In this document: piece after piece, positions 28,861-38,562 of the stretch
Numbering within the stretch: the stretch's first letter is position 1
Layout of the letters: each line of letters starts with the position of its first letter
The notes under the pieces: model-generated
Seen by the model: only the letters and a program-made list of their open reading frames with translations
Databases searched by the model: none
What the model was told of the DNA's origin: nothing
Source: Candidatus Multivoradales bacterium
GTDB lineage: Bacteria > Acidobacteriota > Thermoanaerobaculia > Multivoradales > JAHEKO01
Assembly: GCA_965223855.1 (NCBI GenBank)
Contig: CBDCXM010000009.1
Span: 1,568,001 to 1,632,000, forward strand
Length of the DNA stretch: 64,000 bases
Direction: 5' to 3'
Position numbers and translations under genes: made by a program

Positions 28861-29856
28861 TCAATCCCACGACAACGAAGCCCCCACCTGATACTCCGTA
28901 ACCCGAGTCTCAAAGAAGTTCTTCTCCTTGGCCAGATCCGTAGCCTGACTCATCCAAGGAAACGGATTCTCCCGCCCATAGATCTTGGGCAAGTCCAACC
29001 TCGCCAACCGCCGATCCGCCACATACTCCACATACTGAGAAAACTGCTCAGCATTAATCCCCAACAACCCCTCCGGACAAGCATCCCGCGCATACTCCTG
29101 CTCATGCCCCACCGCCACCCGCACCATCTCCACGATCTCGTCCTGGAACTCCTCCGTCCAGATCTGCGGATTCTCCGTCCGGATCGTCTTGATGAGATCG
29201 CACCCGAACGCCAGATGTAGCGACTCGTCGCGCATGATGTATTCGAACTGCTCGCCGATGCCGATCATCTTCCCCTGGCGCTTGAGAGCCAGCATCATCG
29301 CGAAGCCGGCGTAGAAGAAGATCCCCTCCATGATCACGTAGTAGCCGACGAGGTCGTGGACGAACTTCCGGATGTTCTCGTCGCCCTCGGTGGTGAAGGT
29401 GGGGTCGAAGACGGACTTGGTGAGCTCGACGACGTAGTTGTCCTTGGCCTCGATCGACGGGATGGTGAGGTACATGTTGTAGATCTCGTCCGGGTCGAGG
29501 CCGAGGGTGTCGCAGCAGTAGATGAAGGTGTCGGTGTGGATCGCCTCTTCGTAGGCCTGGCGCAGCAGGTACTGGCGCGCCTCGGGGTTGGTGATGTGCT
29601 GGTAGACGGCCAGCACGATGTTGTTGGCGGTGAGGCTCTCGGCGGTGGAGAAGAAGCCGAGGTTCCAGAGGATGAGGCGGCGCTCGGTCTCCGAGAGGTC
29701 GGTCTTGGACTTCCAGTTCTCGACGTCTTTCTGCATCGAGACTTCTTCGGGGGTCCAGTTGTTGGCGACGCCGGCCTTGTAGTACTCCCGCGCCCAGTTG
29801 TAGGTCATGGGGAGGATCTTGTTGGGGTCGGTCTTGGAGGAGTTGATGATCGGCAT
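28861..29856 (-). CDS. nrdB: Ribonucleotide reductase beta subunit, class Ic (R2c) signature
   Basis: LGFFSTAES, EEAIHTDTF, MEGIFFY, RDESLH, NFFETRVTEY. Confidence 0.95.
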   Translation of the reverse strand: MPIINSSKTDPNKILPMTYNWAREYYKAGVANNWTPEEVSMQKDVENWKSKTDLSETERRLILWNLGFFSTAESLTANNIVLAVYQHITNPEARQYLLRQAYEEAIHTDTFIYCCDTLGLDPDEIYNMYLTIPSIEAKDNYVVELTKSVFDPTFTTEGDENIRKFVHDLVGYYVIMEGIFFYAGFAMMLALKRQGKMIGIGEQFEYIMRDESLHLAFGCDLIKTIRTENPQIWTEEFQDEIVEMVRVAVGHEQEYARDACPEGLLGINAEQFSQYVEYVADRRLARLDLPKIYGRENPFPWMSQATDLAKEKNFFETRVTEYQVGASLSWD

Positions 29857-29904
29857 GGGGAGTCCTCGGGGAGGGGGGAAGGAGAGGGCAGCCAGGCGAG
29901 ACCC

Positions 29905-32781
29905 TTACTGGCAGCTCTCGCAGTCGGGGTCGTCGATGCGGCAGAGGCCTTCGGGGACGGCGGTGGCCGGGGGTTCTGTCGCGGCCTCCGGCACGGGGGC
30001 GGCGGAGGCTTCGCCGCCGTTGCCCTCGGCCACCGTGCCCACGGCCGCCACCGCGGGCTCGTTCTCCCGCTTCTGGGTGTAGCCGTACTTCGACGCCTCG
30101 ACGGTCGACTTCTCGATCTGGGAGACGGCGAGGCTCCGGAGGTAGTAGGTGGTCTTCAACCCCTTCTTCCACGCGGTGGTGTAGATCTCGTGGAGCAGCT
30201 TGCCGCTCGAGCCCTTGAGGAAGACGTTGTGGCTCTGCGACTGGTCGATCCACTTGGCGCGGGCTGCGGTCAGCTCCAGGCACCAGAGCGGATCGATGTC
30301 GAACGCCTCGCGGTACTTCTTCTTGAGGGAAAGCGGGATCTCCTCGATCCGGTCGAGGCTGCCGTCGTAGGCCTTGAGGCTCTCGAGCATCTCGGGGCTC
30401 CACAGGCCGAGCTTCTTCAGGTCCTCGATCAGGTAGGCGTTGGTGACGGTGAACTCACCGCTGATGTTCGCCTTGACGTAGAGGTTCTTGTAGATCGGCT
30501 CGATGCACGGGAAGGCGCCGGCGATGTTGCCGATGGTGGCGGTGGGAGCGATCGCCATGGTGTTGGAGTTGCGCATCCCGTGCTCGGCGATGTGCTCTCG
30601 CAGCTCATCCCAGTCGAGCCGCGACTTGCGCGAGACTTCCACCGGCACGCCGCGCTGGCTTTCGAGCAGATCCAGCGTGTCGAGCGGCAGGAGGCCGCGG
30701 TCCCATTTGGAACCCTCGAAACTCGGGTAGGCGCCGCGCTCGGCGGCGAGCTCGGAGGAGGCCTGGATCGCGTGGTAGGCGATCCACTCCATCGTCGCGT
30801 CGACGAACTCGAGCGTCTCCGGCGATTCGAAGGTGTAGTTCTGGAGGAAGAGCGCGTCCTGGAGGCCCATCAGCCCGAGGCCGATCGGGCGGTGCTGGAG
30901 GTTCGAGTTCTTCGCCTCGTCGGTGGGGTAGAAGTTGAGGTCGATGACGTTGTCGAGCATGCGGATCGCGGTCGTGACCGAGGCCGCCAGCCGCTCGCCG
31001 TCGAGCTGGTAGCGGCCTTCCTCGACCTCCACCATGTGGCGGGCGAGGTTGACGGAGCCGAGGTTGCACACCGCGGTCTCGTCTGCCGAGGTGTTGAGCG
31101 TGATCTCGGTGCACAGGTTCGAGCTGTGGACGACGCCGACGTGATCCTGCGGTGAGCGGATGTTGCAGGCGTCCTTGAAGGTGATCCACGGGTGGCCGGT
31201 CTCGAACAGCATGGTGAGCATCTTGCGCCAGAGTTGCACCGCCGGGATCTTCTTGAACAGGCGCACCTCGCCGCGCTCGGCCATCCGCTCGTACTCCTCG
31301 TAGCGCTCCTCGAAGGCGCGGCCGTAGAGGTCGTGGAGGTCGGGCGTCTCATCCGAAGAGAACAGCGTCCACTCCTCTTCGGCGAGCACCCGCTTCATGA
31401 ACAGGTCCGGAATCCAGTTCGCGGTGTTCATGTCGTGGGTGCGGCGGCGCTCGTCGCCGGTGTTGCGGCGCAAGTCGAGGAAGTCCTCGATGTCGTAGTG
31501 CCAGGTCTCCAGGTAAGCACAGGTCGCGCCGCGGCGCTTGCCGCTCCTGTTGATCGCCATCGTCACGTCGTTGGCGATCTTCAGGAACGGGATCACCCCC
31601 TGGCTGTCGACCTGGGTCGACTCGATCCGCGAACCGGTGCCGCGGATGTTGGTCCAGTCGTTGCCGATGCCGCCCGACCACTTCGAGAGCTGGGCGTTGT
31701 CGCCGAGGCACTTGAAGATGTGGGAGAGGTCGTCGTCGACCGTGGTCAGGTAGCACGACGAGAGCTGCGGGTGCCCGGTGCCGGCGTGGAAGAGGGTCGG
31801 CGTCGACGGGATGAAACGCAGCTGGCTGATGAGGTCGTAGAACTCGAGCGCCCGCGCCTCGCGGTTTTCTTCCTCCTCGCCCAGGGCCAGGCCCATCGCC
31901 ACGCGCATCCAGAAGAACTGCGGCAACTCGAGCGGCACGTCTTCGCCGGCGTCGTTCTGGGTGCGCAGGAAGTAGCGGTCATAGAGCGTCTGGATGCCGA
32001 GGTACTGGAAGAGCTGGTCGCGGCTCGGATCGAGGTGCGAGGCGAGCGTCTCGAGGTCGTAGTCGCCCATCCGCCGGTCGAGCAGGCCGGCTTCGACGGA
32101 CCCGGCGATCGCCGCCTGGAAGGTGGTGCGGTAGCTCTCGTTCCGCTCCTCGTCGTCGATCGTCCAGCCGCCGAGCACTTCGTAGTGGAGCTTCCTCAGC
32201 AGCAGCCGCGCGGCGAGGTAGCTGTACGCCGGGTCGTACTCGATGAAGGCGGTCGCCGCCAGCACGAAGGCGCGCGACAGGTGATCGGGCGAGACGCCGT
32301 CGTAGACGTTCTTCACGACCTCGCCGACGAGGAGCTGCATGTCGATGTCGCCGGCGAGATCCTCGCCCGCCGCCTGCTCGATCGTCTCGGTGATCTGCTT
32401 GGCTGAGAGGAGCTCGACCCGGCCGTCGGACTTGGTGACGGTCAGCTTGCCGAGCTTGGCGTGCTCGATCGCCCGCTCGTGCGCCTCGTGGCGCACCCGG
32501 CGGCGCTCGCTGCGGTAGAGGATGTAGGCCTTGGCGATCTCGTAGTGGCCGGCGAGCACCAGGTGCTTCTCGACGATGTCCTGGATGTTCTCGACGTTCG
32601 GGTAGAACTCACCGAAGCGGCTGTCGATGTCGGCGGAGACCGCCTCGACGAGCTTCTCGAGATCGTCGCCGGCAATCTCGCGACGGGTGGCGTGCACCGC
32701 TTTCAGGATGGCGTTGCGAATCCGCTCGGCGTCGAAATCGACGACGTCGCCCGAGCGCTTGACGACACGTGTGGCCAGCAT
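29905..32781 (-). CDS. nrdA: Ribonucleotide reductase alpha subunit with two N-terminal ATP cones
   Basis: Likely ATG at 32781 (MLATRVVKRSG); STPTLF, SSCY, SNLCTE, IAPTAT, TTYYLR, C-terminal CESCQ. Confidence 0.96.
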   Translation of the reverse strand: MLATRVVKRSGDVVDFDAERIRNAILKAVHATRREIAGDDLEKLVEAVSADIDSRFGEFYPNVENIQDIVEKHLVLAGHYEIAKAYILYRSERRRVRHEAHERAIEHAKLGKLTVTKSDGRVELLSAKQITETIEQAAGEDLAGDIDMQLLVGEVVKNVYDGVSPDHLSRAFVLAATAFIEYDPAYSYLAARLLLRKLHYEVLGGWTIDDEERNESYRTTFQAAIAGSVEAGLLDRRMGDYDLETLASHLDPSRDQLFQYLGIQTLYDRYFLRTQNDAGEDVPLELPQFFWMRVAMGLALGEEEENREARALEFYDLISQLRFIPSTPTLFHAGTGHPQLSSCYLTTVDDDLSHIFKCLGDNAQLSKWSGGIGNDWTNIRGTGSRIESTQVDSQGVIPFLKIANDVTMAINRSGKRRGATCAYLETWHYDIEDFLDLRRNTGDERRRTHDMNTANWIPDLFMKRVLAEEEWTLFSSDETPDLHDLYGRAFEERYEEYERMAERGEVRLFKKIPAVQLWRKMLTMLFETGHPWITFKDACNIRSPQDHVGVVHSSNLCTEITLNTSADETAVCNLGSVNLARHMVEVEEGRYQLDGERLAASVTTAIRMLDNVIDLNFYPTDEAKNSNLQHRPIGLGLMGLQDALFLQNYTFESPETLEFVDATMEWIAYHAIQASSELAAERGAYPSFEGSKWDRGLLPLDTLDLLESQRGVPVEVSRKSRLDWDELREHIAEHGMRNSNTMAIAPTATIGNIAGAFPCIEPIYKNLYVKANISGEFTVTNAYLIEDLKKLGLWSPEMLESLKAYDGSLDRIEEIPLSLKKKYREAFDIDPLWCLELTAARAKWIDQSQSHNVFLKGSSGKLLHEIYTTAWKKGLKTTYYLRSLAVSQIEKSTVEASKYGYTQKRENEPAVAAVGTVAEGNGGEASAAPVPEAATEPPATAVPEGLCRIDDPDCESCQ

Positions 32782-33013
32782 TCCGTTGTTCCCCCAGGTC
32801 TTTCTTCGGTCCGTCCCGAGCCGCTCTGCTCTCCTGCTTCCGCGCCCGGCTCGTAGGCGCACCTCTCCCGTGGCGTGGCAGAAACCACGCTGCGATGCGC
32901 CGCCGATCTGCTCCCGCACCACCCCGACCGTGAAGCTGCCTTTTTTCGGGCCGTCCGAGGGCCTCGATGGATCTCTCGGCGGCCGCTCGGTTCGTTTGAG
33001 GCCGAAAGAGAAT

Positions 33014-33061
33014 AGACGAGGGGTTGTGGTGTCGTCAAGCTCTAGCCACAAGATCTTGTGG
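33014..33061. promoter_or_regulatory. Tandem NrdR boxes upstream of nrdA
   Basis: Palindrome CCACAAGATCTTGTGG (33046-33061) fits acaCwAtATaTwGtgt; degenerate box AGACGAGGGGTTGTGG offset by 32 bp (33014-33029). Confidence 0.8.
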
Positions 33062-33268
33062 TTTTCTCGGATCGGCCGACTCTCCTTTGTTGATCGCAGG
33101 TTACGTCGAGCCCGAAAGAGGCCGCGAGACGGGCTGGCGAGATGGCCAAGTAGAGTAAGAGCCGATGAAAACGGGGTTTTCGGGCGGCCTGCCCGGGGAG
33201 TTGTGACGATTCTGAGGTTTGCAGCAGCGGGCTCTGGCGAAGACGAGCTCCTTGGAGCGACCGCCGGC

Positions 33269-34156
33269 TTGCTAGAGAAGCGGCGAGGAACTCGCGCGAG
33301 ACGCTGGCGCTTCGTGCTTCTGCTGGGCGCGGGAGTCGCCGCCTTCCTCAGTCTGTGGGCGTTCTGGTGGGAGCCGTCTCGACTGACCGACCGGGAGACG
33401 ACGCTCGCCCTGCCCGGCTGGCCTTCGGTGTGCTCCGGGCTGAGCGTGGCCGTGCTGGCCGACCTGCACGTCGGCTCGCCGTACCACGGTCTCGGGATGC
33501 TCCAGCGGGTGGTCGAGAAGACCTTGCGGGCCGACCCCGATCTCATCCTCCTCGCGGGCGACTACGTGATCCATGGCGTAGTGGGCGGCGACTTCGTCGA
33601 GCCGGAACCGGCTGCGGCGGTGCTCGAGCGGCTCGCCGCTCCAGCCGGCGTGGTGGCGGTGCTCGGCAACCACGACCTGTGGCTCGACGGGCCGCGGGTG
33701 GCTGCGGCCCTCGAGGCGAGGTCGATCCCGGTGCTCGAGAACGAGGCGATCGAGACGGCGGTCGGCAAATGCCGCTTCTGGGTTGCCGGCGTCGGCGACT
33801 ACTGGGAGCGAGCGCACGATGTCGAGGCAGCGCTCTCCGCCGTGCCGGAGGGGGAGCCGGTGCTCGTCCTGACCCACAACCCCGACCTCTTCCCGACGGT
33901 GCCCGGGAGAGTCGCCTTGACGGTGGCCGGCCACACCCACGGCGGGCAGGTGTACTTGCCGGGAATCGGCCGGCCGATCGTGCCGTCGCAGTTCGGCGAG
34001 CGCTTCGCGATCGGCCACGTCGAGGAAGAGGGGCGCCACCTCTTCGTCAGCTCGGGTACAGGAACCAGCATTCTGCCTGTCCGCTTCCTGGTGCCGCCCG
34101 AGATCTCGCTGCTGGTGCTGGAGTCGGCAACGCCGTACAGATCGCCAGCGGACTAG
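33269..34156 (+). CDS. Metallophosphoesterase (YkuE-like), start approximate
   Basis: DLH, GDY, GNHD, HNPD, GHTHGGQ motifs; N-terminal TM. Confidence 0.92.
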   Translation: MLEKRRGTRARRWRFVLLLGAGVAAFLSLWAFWWEPSRLTDRETTLALPGWPSVCSGLSVAVLADLHVGSPYHGLGMLQRVVEKTLRADPDLILLAGDYVIHGVVGGDFVEPEPAAAVLERLAAPAGVVAVLGNHDLWLDGPRVAAALEARSIPVLENEAIETAVGKCRFWVAGVGDYWERAHDVEAALSAVPEGEPVLVLTHNPDLFPTVPGRVALTVAGHTHGGQVYLPGIGRPIVPSQFGERFAIGHVEEEGRHLFVSSGTGTSILPVRFLVPPEISLLVLESATPYRSPAD

Positions 34157-35157
34157 AGCTCGAGCGTCGCCTGAGCCGGCGCTTCGCCGTCCTCGTTGCC
34201 GCCCTCGCCTTCGGGCAGCAGCACGTAGCGCCCGAGGCCGCGGAGGAACTGCAGGCCGTCGCCCCCTTCGGCCGCTTCCCAGAGCTGGGCGAGCTTGGAG
34301 TCGAGGTTGTCGATGAAGGACAGCGCGAGTGCCTCTGCGGTCATCGGCTGCACCGGGGAGCCGAACTCGAGCTCGCCGTGGTGGGAGAGGACGAGGTGCT
34401 CGAGGTGGAGGCGCAGATCCTCCGGGAAGCCCTCGATGGCGGCGCAGCGCTCTCGTAGCAGGTCGCGGCCGATCACGATGTGGCCGATCATCCGCCCCTC
34501 GCGGCTGTACTCGTTGGCGGGCATGGCGCCGAGCTCGACGAGCTTGCCGAGGTCGTGGAAGAGGACGCCCAGGAGCAGCAGGTCGCCGTCGAGGCGCGGG
34601 TAGTGCTCGGCGACCCGGAGCGCCAGGCCGGCCATCGACACTGTGTGTTCCAGCAGGCCGCCGCGGTAGGCGTGGTGGATCGCCTTCGCTGCCGGGTGCT
34701 CCTTGAGCGCCTTGCCGTGGGTGGCGAGGGTCTCGCGGCCGAGGCGGCGCAGTTGGGGGTGGCGGATCCTCTCTTCGATCATCGCCTCTAGGCGCTGGTA
34801 GAGCTCGCCGATGTCCTCGCGCGTGGTGGGGACGAGGAGTGCCGGGTCGAAGCCCTCCCCCTTGTCCTCGTCGACGACGCGGCGGCAGCGCTGCACGCTC
34901 ATCTGCAGGCGACCGCGGTAGTCCTTGACGAAGCCGCGCACCTTGACGAAGTCGTGCGCCGCGTAGTCCCCCTCGAGCGCCGGGCTGTCGGACCACACCT
35001 TGCCGCTCATCGAGCCGGTGGCGTCGGTGAGGTCGAGGTCGAGGAAGGTGTTGCCGTTGCGGTCCTGGCGGCTCTCCTTGCGGGCGAGGAGGACGAACGC
35101 CTCCACGGCGTCGCCGTCGCGCCATTCGGCAATCGGGATTCCCGTCTTGGGGGCCAT
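34153..35157 (-). CDS. yhaM: OB-fold + HD domain 3'-5' exoribonuclease, YhaM-like
   Basis: LDLTDATG OB-fold; HHAYRGGLLEH, HDLGK, GHI, SHHG, DNLD. Confidence 0.88.
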   Translation of the reverse strand: MAPKTGIPIAEWRDGDAVEAFVLLARKESRQDRNGNTFLDLDLTDATGSMSGKVWSDSPALEGDYAAHDFVKVRGFVKDYRGRLQMSVQRCRRVVDEDKGEGFDPALLVPTTREDIGELYQRLEAMIEERIRHPQLRRLGRETLATHGKALKEHPAAKAIHHAYRGGLLEHTVSMAGLALRVAEHYPRLDGDLLLLGVLFHDLGKLVELGAMPANEYSREGRMIGHIVIGRDLLRERCAAIEGFPEDLRLHLEHLVLSHHGELEFGSPVQPMTAEALALSFIDNLDSKLAQLWEAAEGGDGLQFLRGLGRYVLLPEGEGGNEDGEAPAQATLEL

Positions 35158-35297
35158 CGCTGTCGTCTCGCTTCTCTGGAGGGTTCGGGGGCGTCTGGGT
35201 GGATTCTCGCCCCGGACGGGGCGGGCGTACTCTACCGTGCAACATGAGAACAACGGCCTCGATACCGATGGCAGCTGGATTGCAAACTGGAGCGCCT

Positions 35298-37859
35298 ATG
35301 CCGCGCACTACCGCTTCGTCCCGGTCCACCTCCCCCTCGCCTTCCCCGTCTCCCTTCACCCGTCGCCGCAGGCCCGCCAGGGCAGGAACCGTCTGGCTTC
35401 TGGCGCTACTTGCCGTGGTGAGCGGCGGCGTAGCTGCGGCCGCCGACGACCCCGTCCTCTGGCCGGAACACCAGCGGGCCTTCCTGCAGGACGGTGGAGC
35501 GCTCCTGTGGGACGAAGGCGAGCGGCGGGCGTTCCTCGCCGAGAACGAGGAGGCGCGCGAGGCGCGGCTGGCGGCGTTCCTCGCCGACCCGCTGCCGGAG
35601 ACGGAAGAGAACGAGCTGGTGCTCGGCATCGAGCGCCGCCGGGCGCTGGTGGCTTCCGAGTATCCGTCGCCGCTCGACGCGCGGGCGCGGATCGCCTTCC
35701 TCCACGGGCTGCCGAACGCCAGGCAGGTGGTCGACTGCGGCGCGGTCGTGGTGCCGATCGAGTTGTGGCGCGTGGCCGGCGCCGGCGACGTCACGCTCGT
35801 CTTCTACCGCCCGCGCGGCAGCCTCCACTATGAGCTGTGGCGGCCGGGGCTCGGCAAGCGGGTGCTCTACAGCTCGCTGATGCGCGGCTGGTTCCACGAG
35901 CTCGAGGACTTTGGCCGCGGGCAGACGCGGCTCGACATCCGCAACTGCCAGGCGGTGGCGGCGGTCGATGCGGCGACCCGCACGGTCGGCCTGGTGGACG
36001 AGGATCCCGATCCGGCGCTCGGCCGGGCGATCGACACCCTCGCGGCGCCGCCGGCCGACCTCGCCGCCTGGGCGCGCCGGGCCGCGAGCACCGAGACGCC
36101 CGAGCGCCCGGCCGAGCTCGCCGTGGCGCCGGTCGAGGTCGACTTCCCGTATCGCACCGGCCAGCGCATCGCGACGCGCTTCTTCGTCCGGGTCGATCCG
36201 GGGGTGCTGGCGGTCGAACAGCAGGGAGAAGAGGAGCCGCGGGTGCGGGTCGAGGTCGAGGGGCTGCTCGAGCAGAGCGGCAACGTGTTCGAGGAGTTCA
36301 AGTTCCGCTTCGACCGCGAGCCGTCGGACGAAGAGCCGGTGCTGCTGGTGTTCGAGCGGCGGCTGCGGCCGGGGCGCAACTTCCTCTCGCGGCTGGTGGT
36401 CCGCGACCCTGTGAGCGGCGCCGAGCGGCGGCTGATTCACCCGGTGGCGGTGCCGCGGGAGGTCGAGCGGGTGGTGGAGGCGGCCTCGGCCAGCCCGGCC
36501 GAGGCGGTGGCGGCGACGCGGCTCGCCGGCGAGGATTCGCTGCATCTCATCCCGCCGGTGACGGACGGCCTGAGCAAGACGTGGCGCACCGAGGCGGTGG
36601 TCTCCGGTGAGGCGATCCGCAAGGTCGAGTTCGCGGTCGACGAGGAGGTGCAGCTCACCAGGAACCGCCCGCCGTTCACGGCCGACCTGCGACTGACCGA
36701 CGTGCCGACCGAGCAGGTGGTGACGGCGCGCGGGCTCGACGCCGCCGGAGAGTTGGTGGCGGAGGACCGGATCCTCCTCAACCAGGCGCGCGGCGCTTTC
36801 GCGGTGAAGATCCTCTCGCCGACGGTCGGCGCGCCGAGCGGCGAGGCGATCGCCCGTGCCGAGGTCAGCGTGCCGGAGGGCGGGCGGCTCGAGTCGGTCG
36901 AGTTCCTGATCGACGAGCAGCCGGTGGTAGCGCTCGACCGGCCGCCGTTCGAGGTGCCGATCGAGTGGCAGGAGTCGGACTCGGTGTCGTACCTGACGGT
37001 CGTCGCGCGGCTCGCCGACGGGCGGCGCGAGGAGGATGTCTTCTTCCTCAACACGCCGGAGAACTACGCGCAGGTCGACGTCGGACTGGTGGAGCTCTTC
37101 GCCACCGTCTCCGACGGCTCGGGGCGGCTGGTCGACGATCTGTCGAGCGAAGATTTCCGGGTCACCGAGCGGGGCGAGGAGCGGCCGATCGAGCAGTTCG
37201 ACCTGGTGCACAACCTGCCGCTGGTGATCGGCTTCGCGCTCGACAGCTCGACCTCGATGGCCGACCACATGGCGACCGCGCGCGAGGCGGCGGTCGGCTT
37301 CCTGCAGTCGCTGATGGAGCCGGGCGACCGGGCGTTCGCCGTCGCCTTCAGCACGGCGCCGCGGCTGGTGGCGGCGCCGACCGACGACCCGCGGGCGGTC
37401 GAGGCGGCGCTCCTCGGAGTCAACTCCGAGGGGTGGACGACGCTCTACGACGCGGTGGTGAAGAGCCTCTTCTACTTCCGCGGCTTCGGCGGCCGCAGGG
37501 CTCTGATCCTGCTCTCCGACGGGGAAGACACCTCGAGCGCCACGTCGTTCGGCGAGGCGCTACGCTACGCGCGCGAGAGTGGCGCGGTGGTGTACTCGGT
37601 CGGCCTCGGCGCCAGTGTCGGCCTCGGCTGGCGGCGCAAGCTCGAGCGGCTGGCGGAGGAGACCGGCGGCCGCTTCTTCCGCGCGGCGAAGGCCGAGGAC
37701 CTCTCCGCCGTCTACGCCGACATCGAGGCGGAGCTGCGCAGTCAGTACTTTCTCACCTTCGAGCCGCAGCGCGCCGCGGAAACCTCGCTCGACGACGTCG
37801 AGGTGGAGGTGCGCGGTGGCGGCTTGAAGGTGCGGGCGACGCGCGGATACGCTCCCTGA
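35298..37859 (+). CDS. Secreted VWA-domain protein (GWxTD-like N-terminus, Ig-like domains, acidobacterial-type VWA); start uncertain
   Basis: DARARIAFLHGLP; PPF Ig-like repeats; MIDAS DSSTSM, TTLYDA, LSDGED. Confidence 0.88.
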   Translation: MPRTTASSRSTSPSPSPSPFTRRRRPARAGTVWLLALLAVVSGGVAAAADDPVLWPEHQRAFLQDGGALLWDEGERRAFLAENEEAREARLAAFLADPLPETEENELVLGIERRRALVASEYPSPLDARARIAFLHGLPNARQVVDCGAVVVPIELWRVAGAGDVTLVFYRPRGSLHYELWRPGLGKRVLYSSLMRGWFHELEDFGRGQTRLDIRNCQAVAAVDAATRTVGLVDEDPDPALGRAIDTLAAPPADLAAWARRAASTETPERPAELAVAPVEVDFPYRTGQRIATRFFVRVDPGVLAVEQQGEEEPRVRVEVEGLLEQSGNVFEEFKFRFDREPSDEEPVLLVFERRLRPGRNFLSRLVVRDPVSGAERRLIHPVAVPREVERVVEAASASPAEAVAATRLAGEDSLHLIPPVTDGLSKTWRTEAVVSGEAIRKVEFAVDEEVQLTRNRPPFTADLRLTDVPTEQVVTARGLDAAGELVAEDRILLNQARGAFAVKILSPTVGAPSGEAIARAEVSVPEGGRLESVEFLIDEQPVVALDRPPFEVPIEWQESDSVSYLTVVARLADGRREEDVFFLNTPENYAQVDVGLVELFATVSDGSGRLVDDLSSEDFRVTERGEERPIEQFDLVHNLPLVIGFALDSSTSMADHMATAREAAVGFLQSLMEPGDRAFAVAFSTAPRLVAAPTDDPRAVEAALLGVNSEGWTTLYDAVVKSLFYFRGFGGRRALILLSDGEDTSSATSFGEALRYARESGAVVYSVGLGASVGLGWRRKLERLAEETGGRFFRAAKAEDLSAVYADIEAELRSQYFLTFEPQRAAETSLDDVEVEVRGGGLKVRATRGYAP

Positions 37860-37862
37860 ACC

Positions 37863-38492
37863 GTGACCGCTCGCCGATGGATTGCCGCCGTCGCCCTCTT
37901 CGCCGCGCTGCCGTTGCTGGCTCTCGGCGGCGAGATCTCGTTCCCGCGTTTCAACGGCACCTACGAGAACCTGACGCCGGACCTCATGCCGGTGTCGACC
38001 GCCGGGATGACGATCGAGCTCAGCTCGCCGTCCAACTCGCTGACGATCGACGGCCATCGGATCGAGGTCGAGCCGCTCGGGGACGGCGTCTTCCGGTTCC
38101 GCGGATCGGTCGACTTCTCCGGCCGCGGCGAGCTGATCGCCCGGCTCGGCGGCACGGTGCCGGCGCAGCTCCAGGACGTCGTCGAGCTGCCCAGCCAGAC
38201 CTTCGCGCTCGAAGGGGAGGTCGGCATCGTGCGCGACGACACCGGCTACGACCTCACGACGGTGTCTCTGCCCGCGGAGGCGTCGATCGAGATGAAGAGT
38301 CAGCTCGCCGCGTCGCTCGTCGGCATGTGCGAGCTGATGCTGATGCTCGCCGGCGGCGACTGCTCGGCGGTCGATGCGGCGCTCGGCAAGGTGACCTTCC
38401 CGCTGCCGGAGCCGGGCGAGACGTACCGCATCGACGGTGAGACGTTCACCGCCGAAGAGCGGGCGGCGATCGACGCGCTGCTTTTCGAGTAA
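37863..38492 (+). CDS. Secreted hypothetical protein
   Basis: Signal peptide; core-like codon usage; follows the VWA gene. Confidence 0.8.
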   Translation: MTARRWIAAVALFAALPLLALGGEISFPRFNGTYENLTPDLMPVSTAGMTIELSSPSNSLTIDGHRIEVEPLGDGVFRFRGSVDFSGRGELIARLGGTVPAQLQDVVELPSQTFALEGEVGIVRDDTGYDLTTVSLPAEASIEMKSQLAASLVGMCELMLMLAGGDCSAVDAALGKVTFPLPEPGETYRIDGETFTAEERAAIDALLFE

Positions 38493-38532
38493 CCGGGTCC
38501 TCGAGTAACCGGGTCTTCGAGTAGCCGGGCCT
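38485..38532 (+). repeat. 3 x 16-bp tandem repeat over a stop codon
   Basis: TCGAGTAACCGGGTCC / TCGAGTAACCGGGTCT / TCGAGTAGCCGGGCCT. Confidence 0.85.
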
Positions 38533-38562
38533 TCTCGCCCGCGTCTTCTCCCCCGGGCCGGC

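Noticed and set aside
32782-33010. Cobalamin riboswitch in the nrdA leader
   Set aside because: No recognisable B12-box or core motifs by eye
32782-33546. 1213-aa NrdA with a long N-terminal extension, and similar extensions on ORFs 32627, 57489, 44218, 19734 and 7503-8624
   Set aside because: Open-frame run-ons in high-GC DNA that overlap promoters or other genes; family homology starts at internal start codons
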